Shown here piece after piece: positions 61,178-64,000 of a stretch of 64,000 nucleotides of DNA. The notes under the pieces are model-generated. The model was not told the DNA's origin, searched no databases, and saw only the letters and a program-made list of their open reading frames with translations. The first letter of the stretch is position 1. Each line of letters starts with the position of its first letter. Made by a program: the position numbers and the translations under genes. Origin of the DNA: a virus. Where the stretch lies: positions 9,093 through 73,092 of the IMG/VR virus record IMGVR_UViG_3300049194_000052; one strand, given 5' to 3'.

Positions 61178-62034
61178 GGTGTGACCTCCGGTGCTGCAGC
61201 CAGCATCGCTTCCCATATGCCAGGCGCTGCGTGCGCCCAGTGGGACTCGTTGATGGGCGCCATGTCGTTGTACCACTCAGAATTGACGTGGCCGCCGGCC
61301 TTCGCCATGGCTGGCGTTGCCTTGAGCGGGGCCAGCTTGAATCCCTCGGGCACTGCCGTGGTGTAGACGCCGGTGGCAAGCAGCTTACGGGCGAAAGCCC
61401 TGATGGCGGTGTCGTCGGATTCGGGCAGTGCCAGCCAGATCTCGTGGATTTCAGCGTTGCTCAGCGCTCGGCCCACGACGCGGCGCATCAGGGTCTCGAC
61501 CAGGTCGTCAGGCAGGCCCAGGCGCCTGAAGCTCTTGCGGATCAGCTCGCAGTCCTCGCTGGCGGCGATGCCCTCGGTGAAGCTGCGCAGCGTGGCAGTC
61601 AGCGCGGACTCATCCTGCGACGAGGGCGTCCAGTCGGCAGGCCGCTCGCGGGTCCAGATGCCCAGCTCGACGAGGATGTCCTCGGCGTCCATCTGTGGGT
61701 CCTGCGACCCGTCGACGCCGATCAGTTCGAGCGTTTGGCGCAGTGCGTCGATCTCGGTGCGCTGGTCTTCAATGCGCCCCTGCAGCCCCGCGATGACGCC
61801 CGTCGTCGCGGCCAGCTTCTGCTTCAGCTCATCAATCTCTATGCGCTGCGCAGCGAGAGCCCAGGCCTCGCCCGGCTCGACTTTCATATGGCAGAGCTGA
61901 CCCAGGGTCGCACGGGCTTCGTACAAGGCGTTGACCTGCATGTGCTCTTGGACGTGCGGAGGCATGGTAGGGTCGTTGTGATCCTTCAGAGCCCTGATGC
62001 AGCCCTCCAGTGTTTCAATGACGCGTTCAAGCAT
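61174..62034 (-). CDS. Mosaic hypothetical protein (C-terminal VPEG.KLAP...T.AM...W.AML.AAP module)
   Basis: Module typical of lambdoid accessory early genes. Confidence 0.7.
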   Translation of the reverse strand: MLERVIETLEGCIRALKDHNDPTMPPHVQEHMQVNALYEARATLGQLCHMKVEPGEAWALAAQRIEIDELKQKLAATTGVIAGLQGRIEDQRTEIDALRQTLELIGVDGSQDPQMDAEDILVELGIWTRERPADWTPSSQDESALTATLRSFTEGIAASEDCELIRKSFRRLGLPDDLVETLMRRVVGRALSNAEIHEIWLALPESDDTAIRAFARKLLATGVYTTAVPEGFKLAPLKATPAMAKAGGHVNSEWYNDMAPINESHWAHAAPGIWEAMLAAAPEVTP

Positions 62035-62035
62035 G

Positions 62036-62422
62036 TCAGGCCTCGATCTCGATGTTCAGGAACTCGTAGAACACACCATAGAGGTGATCCTTGATCCGGT
62101 TCCGGTCACGGCCAGCGACCTTCAGCACGACGCCGTGCTGCAGGCTCGGCTTGACCGTGATCTGGTGCTTGGTCCAGCCGTCGTAGGTGCCGTGCTCGTT
62201 CATGTGGTGGAAGGCGGTGTGAAAGACCAGCGATTCTCCGGTGGAGACGGCCAGGTCGATCTGCGTGCCGCTGTCGAGGCCAGAACCGGACGGACCGTGC
62301 TCCTTCACGATGGCATCAATGGCTTCGCGGTGCTTGCCGAGCCAGAAGTTGTCGCCGTCCTTCACGCAGTTCATGCTGGCCTGGATCAGGCAGGCCAGGC
62401 GGGTGTAGATGGGGAGCTTCAC
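62036..62422 (-). CDS. Conserved hypothetical protein (PSGSGxD...FHHMxExGxYDGWT...GRDRN family)
   Basis: Recognisable widespread phage/MGE family; function unknown. Confidence 0.8.
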   Translation of the reverse strand: MKLPIYTRLACLIQASMNCVKDGDNFWLGKHREAIDAIVKEHGPSGSGLDSGTQIDLAVSTGESLVFHTAFHHMNEHGTYDGWTKHQITVKPSLQHGVVLKVAGRDRNRIKDHLYGVFYEFLNIEIEA

Positions 62423-63399
62423 GTCTTCTCCTTCGGGGCGATAGCGGCAATCACGAGGCGCACGGTGTCGCGGTCGTACTGGCGACCGTCATCCTTCCAG
62501 CGATCCTTCCGGCCGGGCTGGCAGATCTGGTCGATACTCTGATCGGTCAGGCCCTGAAGCACGCGCAGCTTCTCGGCCTCCTCGCGGCGCTCCCTCGTCG
62601 TCATGACGAGGGCGTCCACGAAGTGGCGTTTGTTGCAGAACGGTGGGCCGATGTTGTCTGCCCACTTCTTCATGTAGTAGTCGAGGTTTTCTTCACCCTT
62701 CTTATTGGCAGCCTCAACTCCGTCCCGCAGCGCCCGGATGTCATTGGCAGCGGCTGCGACCTGCTGATGCAGGGTGCGAACGTAGTTGGCAGCCGCGGTG
62801 ATGGCTAGCTCCATCGGAGGGATGGTCTGATCGAACAGACCAGTCTCAACCAGAGCGCTGGTCAGGTTGGTCATGGCCTGCTGGACGGCCAGGGTGCACT
62901 CGCCGGGCATGCGCTGGGCGATGGTCTTGGCATGCTCGGTCAGCGCCTGGTTCAGCTCGTCCTGGCTGTAGGTGCGGGCCTTGGGCTTGGGCTCCGGCTC
63001 GATCCAGACGCCGCTCTTGAAGTCCCAACCGAGTAGGTAGACGGCCTCCTGCTCGGCAGCGCTCATGCGCCGGCCAGGGCAGTGCGTGGGCAACGACCCT
63101 TCAGCGCCGCCGCAAACCTTGCAATGGGCAAGTCCGTCGTCGCGGTCGTAGAGATCGTGCTCTTCGCTGGGCTGCGCTTCCAGCGCAGCCAGCTGGCCGA
63201 CGCGGTCGACAAGGTGTGGCAGCTCAAAGCTGCCCGTCATGCTCATGTGCACGGCGCTGGCGATGCTGCGGCAGGTGTTCTCCCAACGATCCTTGCGGAC
63301 GATCTTGCCGTCGCCGCGGAACTCATAGTCCTCGGGCTTGGCATCGGGCCGCTTGAACTCTTCGGCCCGGAGGTCGAACTCAGTGACAGGTCGGCTCAT
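62419..63399 (-). CDS. Mosaic hypothetical protein (DGKIVRKDRWE module + CxxC...EG.L.T.CPG module + coiled coil)
   Basis: AGGAG RBS. Confidence 0.75.
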   Translation of the reverse strand: MSRPVTEFDLRAEEFKRPDAKPEDYEFRGDGKIVRKDRWENTCRSIASAVHMSMTGSFELPHLVDRVGQLAALEAQPSEEHDLYDRDDGLAHCKVCGGAEGSLPTHCPGRRMSAAEQEAVYLLGWDFKSGVWIEPEPKPKARTYSQDELNQALTEHAKTIAQRMPGECTLAVQQAMTNLTSALVETGLFDQTIPPMELAITAAANYVRTLHQQVAAAANDIRALRDGVEAANKKGEENLDYYMKKWADNIGPPFCNKRHFVDALVMTTRERREEAEKLRVLQGLTDQSIDQICQPGRKDRWKDDGRQYDRDTVRLVIAAIAPKEKT

Positions 63400-63725
63400 G
63401 CCTGGCTCCTCGCCGTTTCAAGGCGTTTGTTGAAGGTCTCGGGGCCAAGGCGCACCGCGATCTGCATGACGTCGATGCGGGCCTGCTGCTTGGCCAGGTC
63501 GAGCGACAGCCCGCTGTTGGCCACAGGCACACCCTTGTAGGTGCACAGCACGCGGCAGATACGGCCGCCGCTCACCGTGTCGCTGACCACCCACTCGCCT
63601 TCAGGCGATTCACGGTGCAGGGCAAGCGCATGCTCGACGCCGCTAACGTTGATACCGAGCGGGTGGTACTCGGTTTGCTCAGTGGTGCCGTCCTTGTGTT
63701 GGAGGGCGAAGGTGGGGAGCGTCAT
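63396..63725 (-). CDS. Hypothetical protein
   Basis: ATGA coupling on both sides. Confidence 0.7.
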   Translation of the reverse strand: MTLPTFALQHKDGTTEQTEYHPLGINVSGVEHALALHRESPEGEWVVSDTVSGGRICRVLCTYKGVPVANSGLSLDLAKQQARIDVMQIAVRLGPETFNKRLETARSQA

Positions 63726-63928
63726 GACCCGCCCCCTGTCGCCGCAAGCTGGGCGTCAGCGGCTTGCTCTTCCTCCGCCACGCGCTCGGCGTAGTCGGCG
63801 AAGTCGTCCATCATGTCGTGGTCGATCAGCCAGCCTTCGAGCAGCAGTACCTGGGTGCTCGCGTCCCAGCTCTGCTCGCTGCAGAGTTGGTGCCACAGGT
63901 CGAGGCCGGTGGGTGGATCGCCCGCCAT
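63722..63928 (-). CDS. Very acidic 68-aa protein
   Basis: GAGGAG RBS; 15 D/E against 1 R. Confidence 0.7.
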   Translation of the reverse strand: MAGDPPTGLDLWHQLCSEQSWDASTQVLLLEGWLIDHDMMDDFADYAERVAEEEQAADAQLAATGGGS

Positions 63929-63929
63929 G

Positions 63930-64000
63930 TCAGGTCTCCTCGACGTAGTGAGGAGCCAGCTTGTAGCCAGCCTTCTGTGCCCAGCCGAAGGTCTTGTATT
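63930..64000 (-). CDS. 3' end of a gene entering from outside the window
   Basis: ...YKTFGWAQKAGYKLAPHYVEET-stop. Confidence 0.6.
   Translation of the reverse strand, partial: YKTFGWAQKAGYKLAPHYVEET

Noticed and set aside
58308-63932. TGACATG junctions (near 58310, 58565, 62034, 63928) as extra copies of the 21-bp site
   Set aside because: These are simple stop-C-start couplings and lack the downstream W/R/G pattern, so they were excluded from the count. They are a caveat for motif statistics.

Overview
The whole window is phage DNA, roughly two-thirds GC by eye. It belongs to a large temperate siphovirus-type phage of a Gram-negative host, probably a betaproteobacterium (inference). The + strand from 1 to 26.9 kb is the late operon. 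It opens with a 5'-truncated giant virion-type protein, followed by the head genes (S49 protease, scaffold, decoration protein, major capsid) and the neck and tail tube. Next come the G/GT chaperones with a -1 frameshift, a 1694-aa tape measure, a lambda-like M-L-K-I-J tail tip, and a holin/SAR-endolysin/embedded-spanin lysis cassette. The - strand from 26.9 to 64 kb starts with a tyrosine integrase, an intact attP whose core matches a tRNA-Leu 3' end, and an Xis-like gene. It then carries nucleotide metabolism genes (ThyX, dCMP deaminase, DUF5664-like, MazG-like), an orphan ParB, and a full replication/recombination set (SbcCD, ATP ligase, resolvase, three-domain PolA, exonuclease, AEP primase-helicase, SF2 helicase). 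Counter-defence genes include a clear Tad1 homologue and ArdA, and about 30 small early genes follow. The most unusual signal is non-coding: about 20 copies of an asymmetric 21-bp site, TGACANWWNNNNAANNWRNGA, sit at gene junctions across the window. They are mostly co-oriented with transcription, which resembles a stoperator-like regulatory network. All family calls come from motif recognition by eye; no database searches were run.
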